Source: Acutalibacteraceae bacterium
Lineage (GTDB): Bacteria; Bacillota; Clostridia; Oscillospirales; Acutalibacteraceae
DNA length: 64,000 nt
Assembly (NCBI GenBank): GCA_045533205.1
Contig: JAZSHL010000047.1
Location: 39,027-103,026, forward strand
Direction: 5' to 3'
The notes under the pieces were generated by a model. That model worked only from the letters and a program-made list of their open reading frames with translations, had not been told where the DNA came from and searched no databases. The translations under genes and the position numbers were made by a program. Below are positions 11,331-20,075 of the stretch, one piece after another (position 1 is the first letter of the stretch; every line of letters starts with the position of its first letter).

Positions 11331-12170
11331 ATGAGAACTCTGTATCTTTCTGATCTTGACGGAACACTTCTTAATTCACAGGCAGTTCTTTCATCTGAAT
11401 CGTGCAGAATGTTAAATGACCTTATTGACAAAGGTATGCTGTTCAGCGTTGCCACTGCAAGAACTGCAGCAACTGTTCTTGATATTTTTAAGGACGTAAA
11501 ACTTAATCTGCCCCTTATTCTTATGAATGGTGTCGTTCTGTATGACTTCAAGGAAGAAAGGAATTTATTGTGCCATTCTATTGACAATGAAACTGCAGCA
11601 GAAATTCTTGAGCTGTTTGAAAAACAAGGCAAATCCCCTATGCTCTATTTTCAGGAGGAAGGTTTTCTGAGAATTGAGCACAGCGATCTTACAAATGCTC
11701 ATCAGATGAATTATGTAAATCAAAGGCACGACCTTAAAAGAAAAAAGTTTTTATATCGTCAGTCACTTGAGTTAACAGGAAGCGGCAATTTGATTTACAT
11801 TGTAACACTTGACTATCCGGAACAGATCAAAGGCATTTATGATAGCATTGTCATGGCTGATAAGGTCACATGCACATTTTACGAAGACAATTATACAGAC
11901 TGTTACTTCCTTGAATGTATGAATAAAAAAGCAACCAAAGCTTCTGCGGCTGTGGAGCTTAAAAAAATTCTCAGTGTTGACAGAATTGTTGCTTTCGGTG
12001 ATAATCTCAACGATATCCCCTTGTTTGAACTTGCAGATGAGGCCTACGCTGTTGCGAATGCTTGTCAGGAGCTTAAGGATATTGCTGACGGTGTCATCGG
12101 CTCAAATGATGACGACGCAGTTGCGAGGTTTCTTACCGAAATATACGAAGCAAATAATATAAAAGGATAA
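11331..12170 (+). CDS. HAD-superfamily Cof-type phosphatase.
   Basis: N-terminal LYLSDLDGTLL and C-terminal FGDNLNDIPLF. Confidence 0.75.
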   Translation: MRTLYLSDLDGTLLNSQAVLSSESCRMLNDLIDKGMLFSVATARTAATVLDIFKDVKLNLPLILMNGVVLYDFKEERNLLCHSIDNETAAEILELFEKQGKSPMLYFQEEGFLRIEHSDLTNAHQMNYVNQRHDLKRKKFLYRQSLELTGSGNLIYIVTLDYPEQIKGIYDSIVMADKVTCTFYEDNYTDCYFLECMNKKATKASAAVELKKILSVDRIVAFGDNLNDIPLFELADEAYAVANACQELKDIADGVIGSNDDDAVARFLTEIYEANNIKG

Positions 12171-12175
12171 CTACT

Positions 12176-12715
12176 ATGATTAATTTATACGAAGAATACT
12201 GTAAAACATACACCGGGCTTACTGAAGAAAATTCCAACGGCTTTTTTGAAACTGTTGCTGATATATATTTTTCAGAAGAAGTGCAGTCGCTTGCGCAATA
12301 TGAACAGCATCTTGAAATCGACAGGCTGCAGCATATAACAAGTGTAGCCTATCTTACATACATGATCTGTAAAGAAAAAGGTCTTAATTACAGAGATGCT
12401 GCAAGAGCTGCCGTTATGCACGATCTTGTCTATTATGATTGGAGAGACGGTGAAACAGGTGGTTGGCATAAGCTTCACGGCTATAAGCACCCTAAGCTTG
12501 CCTGTCTTAATGCTAAAGAATTATGCGGCACTCTCCCCTGCTCTCAAAAGGATATTATTATGCGCCATATGTGGCCGCTGACTCTTCTTACACCTAATTC
12601 AAAAGAAGGCTGGGTTGTGACTTTTTCTGATAAGTATTGTGCCACAAGAGAGGTTATGTATTCAACTAATAAAAAATACAAAGAAAAGTTTTTGAAGGAT
12701 ATAGGTAAGGGTTAA
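12176..12715 (+). CDS. HD-domain phosphohydrolase.
   Basis: H...HD pattern (LQHITSVAYL ... AVMHDLVYYDW). Confidence 0.6.
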   Translation: MINLYEEYCKTYTGLTEENSNGFFETVADIYFSEEVQSLAQYEQHLEIDRLQHITSVAYLTYMICKEKGLNYRDAARAAVMHDLVYYDWRDGETGGWHKLHGYKHPKLACLNAKELCGTLPCSQKDIIMRHMWPLTLLTPNSKEGWVVTFSDKYCATREVMYSTNKKYKEKFLKDIGKG

Positions 12716-12716
12716 T

Positions 12717-13586
12717 ATGAGTAATATAGTTAAATATGTTCTATTGTTTTTCTTCTATAGCTTTGCAGGATGGTGTCTTGAGTCATTTTACTGCTCCTTA
12801 GGTCAGAAGAAATTTGTTAACAGAGGTTTTTTAACCGGTCCACTGTGTCCGATTTACGGCTCAGCTGCAATTGTGATGACTGTTTTGATTTATAATCCCT
12901 TTAAGGATAAAGCGTTGATTGTTTTTCTGCTCGGCATTGTCCTTTGTGACATTGTCGAATATCTCACAAGCTTTGTTATGGAAAAGCTTTTTGCTGCCAG
13001 GTGGTGGGATTACACATATGAGTTATTTAACATCAAAGGCAGAATATGCCTGAAGCATTCGTTGTTCTGGGGTATTATTTCTATCGTTTTCGTTAAAATT
13101 ATTCATCCGATTGTAGATTCAATTTATAATAAAATTGACGGTAGCTATATGCTCTATATTCTTATTGTAATTCTTGTTATATTCACTCTTGACCTTATCA
13201 ATGCTGTGAGAAAGGCTATGGATATCAGAAAGCTTCAGCTGAAGCTCAACAAAATGATTAACACAATGAGCAATGAGCTGAACTCAATACGTGAAATAAT
13301 TGGTGATAAATACGCTATTTTGCAGGACAGGCTTGAGAAGCAATCAGACAAGGTGCTTGATTTCAAGGATCAGATTGAGGATATTTACTCTGACTTTGAA
13401 AAGATGATTACAAAAAAGCCAAAATCAAAAGGAAAAAAACATTCAAAAAGAGAAAAGTTGCTCTCAAGCAGGATATTCCTTAACTATCCCGGACTCGAAA
13501 AAGCAACCCGTAAGCGTCTTGATAAGCTTAGTGCTATTGTTGATGACATAAAAGCAAATGTGTATAACGAAGAAGAAATGCAGTAA
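12717..13586 (+). CDS. Polytopic membrane protein of the putative ABC-transporter type IV / CmpB-like family, with a C-terminal coiled coil.
   Basis: N-terminal FFFYSFAGWCLESFYCS motif and about 4 TM helices. Confidence 0.5.
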   Translation: MSNIVKYVLLFFFYSFAGWCLESFYCSLGQKKFVNRGFLTGPLCPIYGSAAIVMTVLIYNPFKDKALIVFLLGIVLCDIVEYLTSFVMEKLFAARWWDYTYELFNIKGRICLKHSLFWGIISIVFVKIIHPIVDSIYNKIDGSYMLYILIVILVIFTLDLINAVRKAMDIRKLQLKLNKMINTMSNELNSIREIIGDKYAILQDRLEKQSDKVLDFKDQIEDIYSDFEKMITKKPKSKGKKHSKREKLLSSRIFLNYPGLEKATRKRLDKLSAIVDDIKANVYNEEEMQ

Positions 13587-13601
13587 ATAAAGGAGAAAAA
13601 T

Positions 13602-14198
13602 ATGGAGAAAATAGATGTAAGAGTAAAAAAGACTTACAGTCAGCTTATTGACGGTTTTTTAAAGCTGTTGAAGGAAAAGTCTTTTGACAATATTTCAGTT
13701 TCAGAGATATGCGAAGAAGCTGATGTTCACAGAGCAACGTTCTATAAGCATTTCAATGATAAATATGAATTTCTCAGCTTTTGTCTTGACACATTGCTGA
13801 ATGATGTTGATATTGATCATCTTATTGTTGAACCGAGTCCTGACAATGTAAAGGTCTGCTGTTCCGAATTTGTCAATGTCATATTCAACTTTATTCATAA
13901 GTATCATTACATTTTTAAATCTGTATTCACATCGAAGCAGTCGATAACCTTTAATGCACATCTTGATGAAATGATAACAAATTTCTGCATTGATAAAATG
14001 CAGTTAGTTCTTGCAAATCTTCCTTCCTACAAGGTTCAGATGCTTGCAAACTTTTATTCCGGTGCTGTCATCGGTGTCGCAAAATGGTATGTAAATAATT
14101 ATGAGGAATGTCCGATTGAAGATGTATATACATTCTTTGAGCACAGAATTAATGAAATAAGCATGTATTATAAGGAAAATATGTACCCTTACATTTAA
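13602..14198 (+). CDS. TetR/AcrR-family transcriptional regulator.
   Basis: N-terminal HTH FDNISVSEICEEADVHRATFYKHFNDKYEF. Confidence 0.8.
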   Translation: MEKIDVRVKKTYSQLIDGFLKLLKEKSFDNISVSEICEEADVHRATFYKHFNDKYEFLSFCLDTLLNDVDIDHLIVEPSPDNVKVCCSEFVNVIFNFIHKYHYIFKSVFTSKQSITFNAHLDEMITNFCIDKMQLVLANLPSYKVQMLANFYSGAVIGVAKWYVNNYEECPIEDVYTFFEHRINEISMYYKENMYPYI

Positions 14199-15031
14199 TC
14201 TCTGTCATAATCCTCGAGAAAATTATACTTTTTATCCCCTTTTCTGTAACCTATAACAGTTTCCAGGTTAACGTTGTGCACACTTCTGAATATATTCATT
14301 TCAATATTGGAGTTGATTTTTCTGAACTGAGAAATCAGCTCCTTCATTTCTTTACGCTTTGATTTCATTTCATTTTCAGATTGTTCATTGTTTTCTTTGG
14401 TGAATTTACACGCACACTGCAAAAACTCAAGATTATTGTATCTTGCCCAGGCAATAATATCAGCCTCTCTGACCATATATAACGGCCTGATGAGCTCCAT
14501 ACCCTCAAAATTAGTGCTGTGCAGCTTTGGCATCATCGTTTTGATTTCTGCTCCGTAAATCATGCTCAATAGTATTGTTTCAATCACATCGTCAAAATGA
14601 TGGCCGAGCGCAATTTTATTGCAGCCCAGTGATTTTGCAAATTTATAGAGATGTCCCCTTCTCATTCTTGCACACATATAGCAAGGTGACTGTTCAATGT
14701 CAACAACATAATCGAAAATTCTTGCATCGAAAATTTCAATCGGAACATTCAACATGTTTGCGTTGTCAATTATTCTTTGTCTGTTTTCAGGTGAATATCC
14801 AGGGTCCATAACAAGATATTTAGCTTCAAAGGGAAAATCACTGTGCTTCTGAAGGTGCTGAATACATTTTGCAAGAAGCATTGAATCTTTACCGCCGGAA
14901 ATGCAAACGGCGATTCTGTCCCCAGGCTTTATCATTTCATATTCATTGATACCTGCAATGAATCTCTTCCATATATCTTTGCGGTATTTTTTTATTATGC
15001 TTCTTTCAACTTCTACATATTTTTCCATCAT
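14195..15031 (-). CDS. PP-loop ATPase of the TtcA-like tRNA thiolation family.
   Basis: PP-loop CISGGKDS and Cys motifs CYMCARMRRG and LQCACKF. Confidence 0.7.
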   Translation of the reverse strand: MMEKYVEVERSIIKKYRKDIWKRFIAGINEYEMIKPGDRIAVCISGGKDSMLLAKCIQHLQKHSDFPFEAKYLVMDPGYSPENRQRIIDNANMLNVPIEIFDARIFDYVVDIEQSPCYMCARMRRGHLYKFAKSLGCNKIALGHHFDDVIETILLSMIYGAEIKTMMPKLHSTNFEGMELIRPLYMVREADIIAWARYNNLEFLQCACKFTKENNEQSENEMKSKRKEMKELISQFRKINSNIEMNIFRSVHNVNLETVIGYRKGDKKYNFLEDYDRD

Positions 15032-15041
15032 ATCACCAACT

Positions 15042-15073
15042 TAAAAAATGCAGACGGAGAAATCCATCTGCAT
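15042..15073 (-). terminator. Strong intrinsic terminator after spoVM, 17 nt upstream of the ttcA-like start codon.
   Basis: Minus strand ATGCAGATGGA tttc TCCGTCTGCAT (11 bp, one G-U pair), then TTTTTT. Confidence 0.7.
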
Positions 15074-15090
15074 ATATTTTTTTCTGAGGA

Positions 15091-15174
15091 TTAACTCTCA
15101 TTATCTTTGATTTTGAATATAACTTTCAGAATTCCTCTGAAAGCCTTCGGGCTTCTGAACACAACAACTTTCAT
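15091..15174 (-). CDS. spoVM: Stage V sporulation protein M (27 aa, below the ORF-track cutoff).
   Basis: Own translation MKVVVFRSPKAFRGILKVIFKIKDNES, compared with B. subtilis SpoVM MKFYTIKLPKFLGGIVRAMLGSFRKD. SD GGAGG. The position downstream of prkC-rsgA matches B. subtilis. Confidence 0.7.
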   Translation of the reverse strand: MKVVVFRSPKAFRGILKVIFKIKDNES

Positions 15175-15199
15175 TCAAGTAACCTCCTAACAGCAGCTA

Positions 15200-15352
15200 T
15201 CATCGTTTCTGACAGGAAAAGATGCCCAGAATGACAAGCATGAGTGCCATTATAAACAGCACAAACTTATCGGGAAAGCACACAGCCAGAAGAAAACCCG
15301 CACCGAAAGCGGCAAAAACAAGCCCTTTTGAGTTGCCTCTTTTGTATGCCAT
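15200..15352 (-). CDS. Hypothetical 50-aa two-helix membrane protein (below the ORF-track cutoff).
   Basis: Own translation: MAYKRGNSKGLVFAAFGAGFLLAVCFPDKFVLFIMALMLVILGIFSCQKR. SD AGGTGAT. Confidence 0.4.
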   Translation of the reverse strand: MAYKRGNSKGLVFAAFGAGFLLAVCFPDKFVLFIMALMLVILGIFSCQKR

Positions 15353-15438
15353 GCTATCACCTGATATATTATTTGCTCATGTCATCAGAGCTCACTAATA
15401 TTATACGGAAACAGCAGCATGTTGTGATAAAAAACAGT

Positions 15439-16317
15439 TTATAATTGCCACTTTTTTATGTTCTTCATCTCGTTATATAAGGTTTTGTAGCTTTCATATC
15501 TGCTTTGACTGATAACGCCCTTTTCTACCATTTCGCAAATTTTACAGCCCTTGTCGCCGTTATGGGCACAGCCGCTGAATTTACACATACCGATATATTC
15601 ATTGAATTCGTTGAAATAATATTGCAGGTCTTCAGCGAGAAAGATGTCATCGTCAATAAACTCTACACTTGAAAAGCCGGCTGTGTCAATTACATGGCCT
15701 TCAGCAACATGAAAAATTTCAGCTTGCCTTGTTGTATGCCTGCCTCTGCCGAGCTTATCGCTTATTTCACCGGTTGCAAGACATAAATCACCGTTAAGTG
15801 CATTTATAAGTGTTGACTTTCCAACACCGGAATTCCCGGTGAAGGCAGATAAGCAGCCCTTGAGCTCGCTCTTTATATTCTCTAATTCAGAGTCATCCTT
15901 ATCTGAAAAGCGATAAACATTGTAGCCTGTGCTTTTATAAATATCAAATATCTCCTTTGAATCGTCAAGATCGGTTTTGGTTATGACAATTACAGGAACA
16001 ATACTGTTCTTTTCTGCAAGAACTGTCATCTTGTCGATTACCAGAGTGTTAGGATAAGGCTTTGCAACAGAAACAGCGATAATAAGCTTGTCAATGTTCG
16101 CAACGGGCGGACGGGTAAGCTTGTTCTTTCTCTCGCAGATTGAATCTATTGTATTTTCTTCATTGTCACGAACAGTTATCTTAACATTGTCACCCGCAAG
16201 CGGAACAATTTTTTTGTTTCTGAATTTACCCTTTGCTTTGCATTCAAACACACCGGAACCGGTTTCAACATAATAGAATCCGCCGATTCCCTTAATAATA
16301 ATTCCTTCAAGCTGCAT
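15439..16317 (-). CDS. rsgA: Ribosome small-subunit-dependent GTPase A.
   Basis: GNSGVGKSTLINAL, a C-terminal Cys cluster, and synteny after prkC. Confidence 0.85.
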   Translation of the reverse strand: MQLEGIIIKGIGGFYYVETGSGVFECKAKGKFRNKKIVPLAGDNVKITVRDNEENTIDSICERKNKLTRPPVANIDKLIIAVSVAKPYPNTLVIDKMTVLAEKNSIVPVIVITKTDLDDSKEIFDIYKSTGYNVYRFSDKDDSELENIKSELKGCLSAFTGNSGVGKSTLINALNGDLCLATGEISDKLGRGRHTTRQAEIFHVAEGHVIDTAGFSSVEFIDDDIFLAEDLQYYFNEFNEYIGMCKFSGCAHNGDKGCKICEMVEKGVISQSRYESYKTLYNEMKNIKKWQL

Positions 16318-16322
16318 CTTGC

Positions 16323-18290
16323 TTATTCATCTCCGTTAACATCCTCGCTGGCCTGCTCTGATGTGGGCTCGGTTGTTTGTCTGGATGTTGATGGTTCTGT
16401 TGAAGGTTCTGTTGTTGTCGGCTTTGTGGTAGTAGGTTTAGTAGTTGTGGGTTTTGTTGTGGTAGGCTTAGTTGTGGTTGGTTTAGTGGTTGTTTCTTTC
16501 GTTGTTGAGGGCTTTGTCGGCTTCGTTGTTTTTTCAGTTGTTTCTTCAGTTGTTGCCTCGGTGGTTTCCTCAGTTGTTTCTTCGGTTGTTGTTTCATCCT
16601 CTTCAGCTTCCTTGCCTGTACTTACAAAAACAACAATTGCTGTGCCGGGAAGCACCTCTTCTCCCACACCTTCATAGCCGATAATTGTACCCTTTGGCTT
16701 TGAAGACGAACGATATGTTATATTGTCCTCATCGAGAATAAGACCAACAGCGCTTAATGCTTTTCTGGCTTCGCTTAATGTAAGGCCGATAAGATCCGGA
16801 ATGTCTATAGGTTCGACATCCTGATTTGTTGCGACATAAATCGTTACAAGTGAACCGTCATCAACCTCTTCACCTGCTTTAGGCACTGTTCTGATTACTT
16901 TACCAAGTTCAACATCTTCGTTCTTTTCTTTAACAATAATAACCTCAAAGCCCTGTGCCTTAAGCATGCTTTCCGCAACGCTGTAAAGCTGGTTTGTAAC
17001 ATCGGGAACAACTCTGTTGCCCTTTGGGCCTGCAACATACACAGTTATTTTATCATCTCTGGAGATTTTTCCGTGCTTAGGCTTCTGATCGACAATTGTG
17101 CCCTCTTCTTCGGTGCTTTCAGCATCAATAACAGGTTCAAACTTATACATTGAGTAGTCAGGATTGTTGTCGACCTCAGAATAGAAATTCAAATCAATAA
17201 GATAAGGCACATCAAGCTTATTGGCTCCTGATGAGAACAGGAAAATCAACACAACTGCAAAAATCACAAGGGCACTGAGTACACCGCCTAAAATAGCGAT
17301 TGTTACCTTTTTGCCTGTGTCTGAGGGCTCACGGTCGAATTCGTCATAATCGTCATCTTCAACAGGTTGAACCGCAGCGGGCTCACTGACAGGAGCGTTA
17401 TATTCAGTTACATATTCACTGCTTGTATTTTCGGAGCGATACATATAATCGAATTTAACATTAGGATTTTTTTTGTATGTTTCAAGATCCATCAGAATTT
17501 CAGATGCTGACTGATATCTGTCGCTCTGATTCTTCTGCATGGCTCTCATTATGATCTGTTCAAGACCGATAGGAATATTCGGATTAATCTCACGGGGACT
17601 GACAGGATCGTTCTGCAGCTGCATAAGAGCAACCGAAACTGCATTATCTGACTGGAAAGGCAGCATGCCTGTGAGCATTTCATAAAGCATTACGCCGACG
17701 GAATAAAGGTCGGTCTTTGCATCTGTGATACTGCCCTTTGCCTGCTCGGGGCTGATGTAATGCACAGAGCCGATTGCACCGTCAGTCATTGTTCTTGTCT
17801 CGCTGCGGCTGAATCTTGCGATGCCGAAGTCAGTAACTTTAATTGTACCGTCGGACTGAAGCATAATGTTCTGCGGCTTAATATCACGGTGAACAATGCC
17901 TTTGTCGTGAGCGTGCTGAAGCGCACGCAGAATCTGTGTAACAAAATAAATTGCCTCTCTCGGGTCAACTGTGCCCTGCTGCTTTGCATATTCTTTAAGA
18001 GTTATGCCATCAACATATTCCATAACAATATACTGAAGCATGTCACCGTAACTGACATCAAAAACCTTAACAATGTTCTTGTGTGAAAGAACAGCGATAG
18101 CCTTGGATTCATTTTTGAATCTTCTTTTAAATTCTTCATTGGCAAGATATTCATCTTTAAGAATTTTAACCGCTACAATCCGGTGGTCGATGTTATCAAA
18201 GGCTTTGTAAACAACAGCCATGCCACCAATACCGATGATTTCCATTATTTCATATCGTCCGTCAAGACGCTTTCCAACGTAGTTTTCCAT
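16323..18290 (-). CDS. prkC: Ser/Thr protein kinase with extracellular PASTA repeats and a Thr/Pro-rich C-terminal tail.
   Basis: HRDIKPQNIM and DFGIA kinase motifs, one TM helix, then repeated PASTA-like modules. Confidence 0.9.
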   Translation of the reverse strand: MENYVGKRLDGRYEIMEIIGIGGMAVVYKAFDNIDHRIVAVKILKDEYLANEEFKRRFKNESKAIAVLSHKNIVKVFDVSYGDMLQYIVMEYVDGITLKEYAKQQGTVDPREAIYFVTQILRALQHAHDKGIVHRDIKPQNIMLQSDGTIKVTDFGIARFSRSETRTMTDGAIGSVHYISPEQAKGSITDAKTDLYSVGVMLYEMLTGMLPFQSDNAVSVALMQLQNDPVSPREINPNIPIGLEQIIMRAMQKNQSDRYQSASEILMDLETYKKNPNVKFDYMYRSENTSSEYVTEYNAPVSEPAAVQPVEDDDYDEFDREPSDTGKKVTIAILGGVLSALVIFAVVLIFLFSSGANKLDVPYLIDLNFYSEVDNNPDYSMYKFEPVIDAESTEEEGTIVDQKPKHGKISRDDKITVYVAGPKGNRVVPDVTNQLYSVAESMLKAQGFEVIIVKEKNEDVELGKVIRTVPKAGEEVDDGSLVTIYVATNQDVEPIDIPDLIGLTLSEARKALSAVGLILDEDNITYRSSSKPKGTIIGYEGVGEEVLPGTAIVVFVSTGKEAEEDETTTEETTEETTEATTEETTEKTTKPTKPSTTKETTTKPTTTKPTTTKPTTTKPTTTKPTTTEPSTEPSTSRQTTEPTSEQASEDVNGDE

Positions 18291-18299
18291 GACTTCACC

Positions 18300-19037
18300 T
18301 TAACCTTTCATGATTACAACCGTTATGTTGTCACGACCGCCATTTTTGTTTGCAACTTCAATATATTTATCGGCGAGCTTTTCAAATTCAGTTTCATTAT
18401 AAATTTTTAATATTTCGTTCTTGTTTACAAGTCCGCTTAAGCCGTCTGAGCAGAGAAGAAGTGCATCACCTTCGTTAACACACACGAAGTCAAAATCAAT
18501 TTCAATTTCTTCATTGACGCCCATTGCTCTTGTGATGATATTTTTTATGGGAATATTTTCTGATTCTTCTTCCGTTATCTGGCCACAATCAAGCATCTTC
18601 TGCACTAAAGAGTGATCCTTTGTGACCTGCTTTATTGAGTTGTTGCTGATTATGTAAGCACGACTGTCGCCAACATGTGCAATGCAGGCTTCATTATTTT
18701 TATATACAGCCGCAACAACTGTTGTGCCCATGCCTTTAAGTGTTTCCTGTGCGGAGCCACGGTCGAAAACTGCAACATTGGCTGTTGTAATAGCCGACAA
18801 AAGAAGATTTTCAAGAGATGAAACAGGCATTGATTTTGTGTAGCATTTTTTTATTTTTTCACTGATCATTGAAATTGCAGTGTCACTTGCAACTCTGCCT
18901 CCGTGAATACCGCCCATGCCGTCACAGACAACGCCCCAGGCTGCTCCGTCATCAAAATATCCGAAATTAAAACAGTCCTCATTGTTGGAACGCACCTTTC
19001 CGACATCGGTATTGCCGACAATATTCATGTTTTTCAT
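18300..19037 (-). CDS. prpC: PP2C-family Ser/Thr phosphatase.
   Basis: VCDGMGG and LLCSDGL motifs, and the operon partner of prkC. Confidence 0.85.
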   Translation of the reverse strand: MKNMNIVGNTDVGKVRSNNEDCFNFGYFDDGAAWGVVCDGMGGIHGGRVASDTAISMISEKIKKCYTKSMPVSSLENLLLSAITTANVAVFDRGSAQETLKGMGTTVVAAVYKNNEACIAHVGDSRAYIISNNSIKQVTKDHSLVQKMLDCGQITEEESENIPIKNIITRAMGVNEEIEIDFDFVCVNEGDALLLCSDGLSGLVNKNEILKIYNETEFEKLADKYIEVANKNGGRDNITVVIMKG

Positions 19038-19049
19038 CTCCTTTATCTA

Positions 19050-20075
19050 TTAATTCTCGCCCCTTCTGAGCTGACCGCATGAGGCATTAATATCACTGCC
19101 TAAAGTCCGTCTGACGGTTACATTGACCCCGTATTTATTAAGAACGGATATAAAGCTTTTTATTCTTGTATCTGAGCTTTTTTTATAATCTCTTTCTTTA
19201 ACAGAATTGACCGGAATAAGATTGACATGGCAAAGCATGCCCTTAAGCCTTTTACCGAGCTCTGATGCACATTCATCACTGTCGTTAACTCCGCTTATCA
19301 TGGCATATTCAAAAGAGATTCGTCTTGAGGTAGTTTTAGTATAATCTCTGCATGCTTTTAAAAGCTCATCAATGTTCCATCTGTCATTTACAGGCATTGT
19401 CTGACTTCTGATAATGTCATTGGGGGCATGCAGTGAAACGGAAAGAGTCAGCTGCAGCTTTTTATCCATTAGCTTATATATTCCGCTGACAACACCACAG
19501 GTGGAAAGAGATATATTTCTCATACCTATATTAAGTCCGTTTTCGTCAGAAATCAACGACAGGAACTTCATAACATTATCAAAATTATCAAGAGGCTCCC
19601 CTACTCCCATCATTACAATATGGGAAATTCTTATGCCGAGATCTCTTTGTGCCATATATATCTGTGACAGAATTTCGGAAGGCTTAAGATTTCTGACAAA
19701 GCCTGCAATTCCTGATGCGCAGAAGCGGCAGCCCATTTTGCATCCTACCTGACTTGAAACACAGATTGTATATCCGTATTTATACTTCATAACAACGGAT
19801 TCTATCAGTTCACCGTCATTCAGCCTGAACAGATACTTAACTGTACCATCATACACCGAAACCAACTTTTTTTCAATAGTACAGTTGTAAATAACATACT
19901 TATTTTTGAGCTTTTCTCGTAATTCTTTTGAAATGTTAGACATTTCATCAAAGGTTATTGCCCCTTTTTTATGAAGCCAGTCATATATCTGGCCTGCTTT
20001 GAAGCTTTTTTCTCCCAAGCATGTGATTTCAGCTTTTAATTCGTCTAAATTTAATGATTTAATGTCGTTATTCAT
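19050..20075 (-). CDS. rlmN: 23S rRNA/tRNA (adenine-C2)-methyltransferase, radical SAM.
   Basis: CKMGCRFCASG radical-SAM motif and synteny. Confidence 0.9.
   Translation of the reverse strand: MNNDIKSLNLDELKAEITCLGEKSFKAGQIYDWLHKKGAITFDEMSNISKELREKLKNKYVIYNCTIEKKLVSVYDGTVKYLFRLNDGELIESVVMKYKYGYTICVSSQVGCKMGCRFCASGIAGFVRNLKPSEILSQIYMAQRDLGIRISHIVMMGVGEPLDNFDNVMKFLSLISDENGLNIGMRNISLSTCGVVSGIYKLMDKKLQLTLSVSLHAPNDIIRSQTMPVNDRWNIDELLKACRDYTKTTSRRISFEYAMISGVNDSDECASELGKRLKGMLCHVNLIPVNSVKERDYKKSSDTRIKSFISVLNKYGVNVTVRRTLGSDINASCGQLRRGEN

Noticed and set aside
16307-16597. Track ORF 16307..16597 (-), encoding a Gln/Pro/Lys-rich 96-aa product.
   Set aside because: It is an alternative frame of the prkC low-complexity tail and has no independent support.
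16323-16613. 15-nt periodic repeats, considered as a possible tandem-repeat locus or CRISPR-like array.
   Set aside because: They lie entirely in frame within the prkC 3' end and encode TTTKP units. There are no spacers and no conserved repeat at the DNA level.
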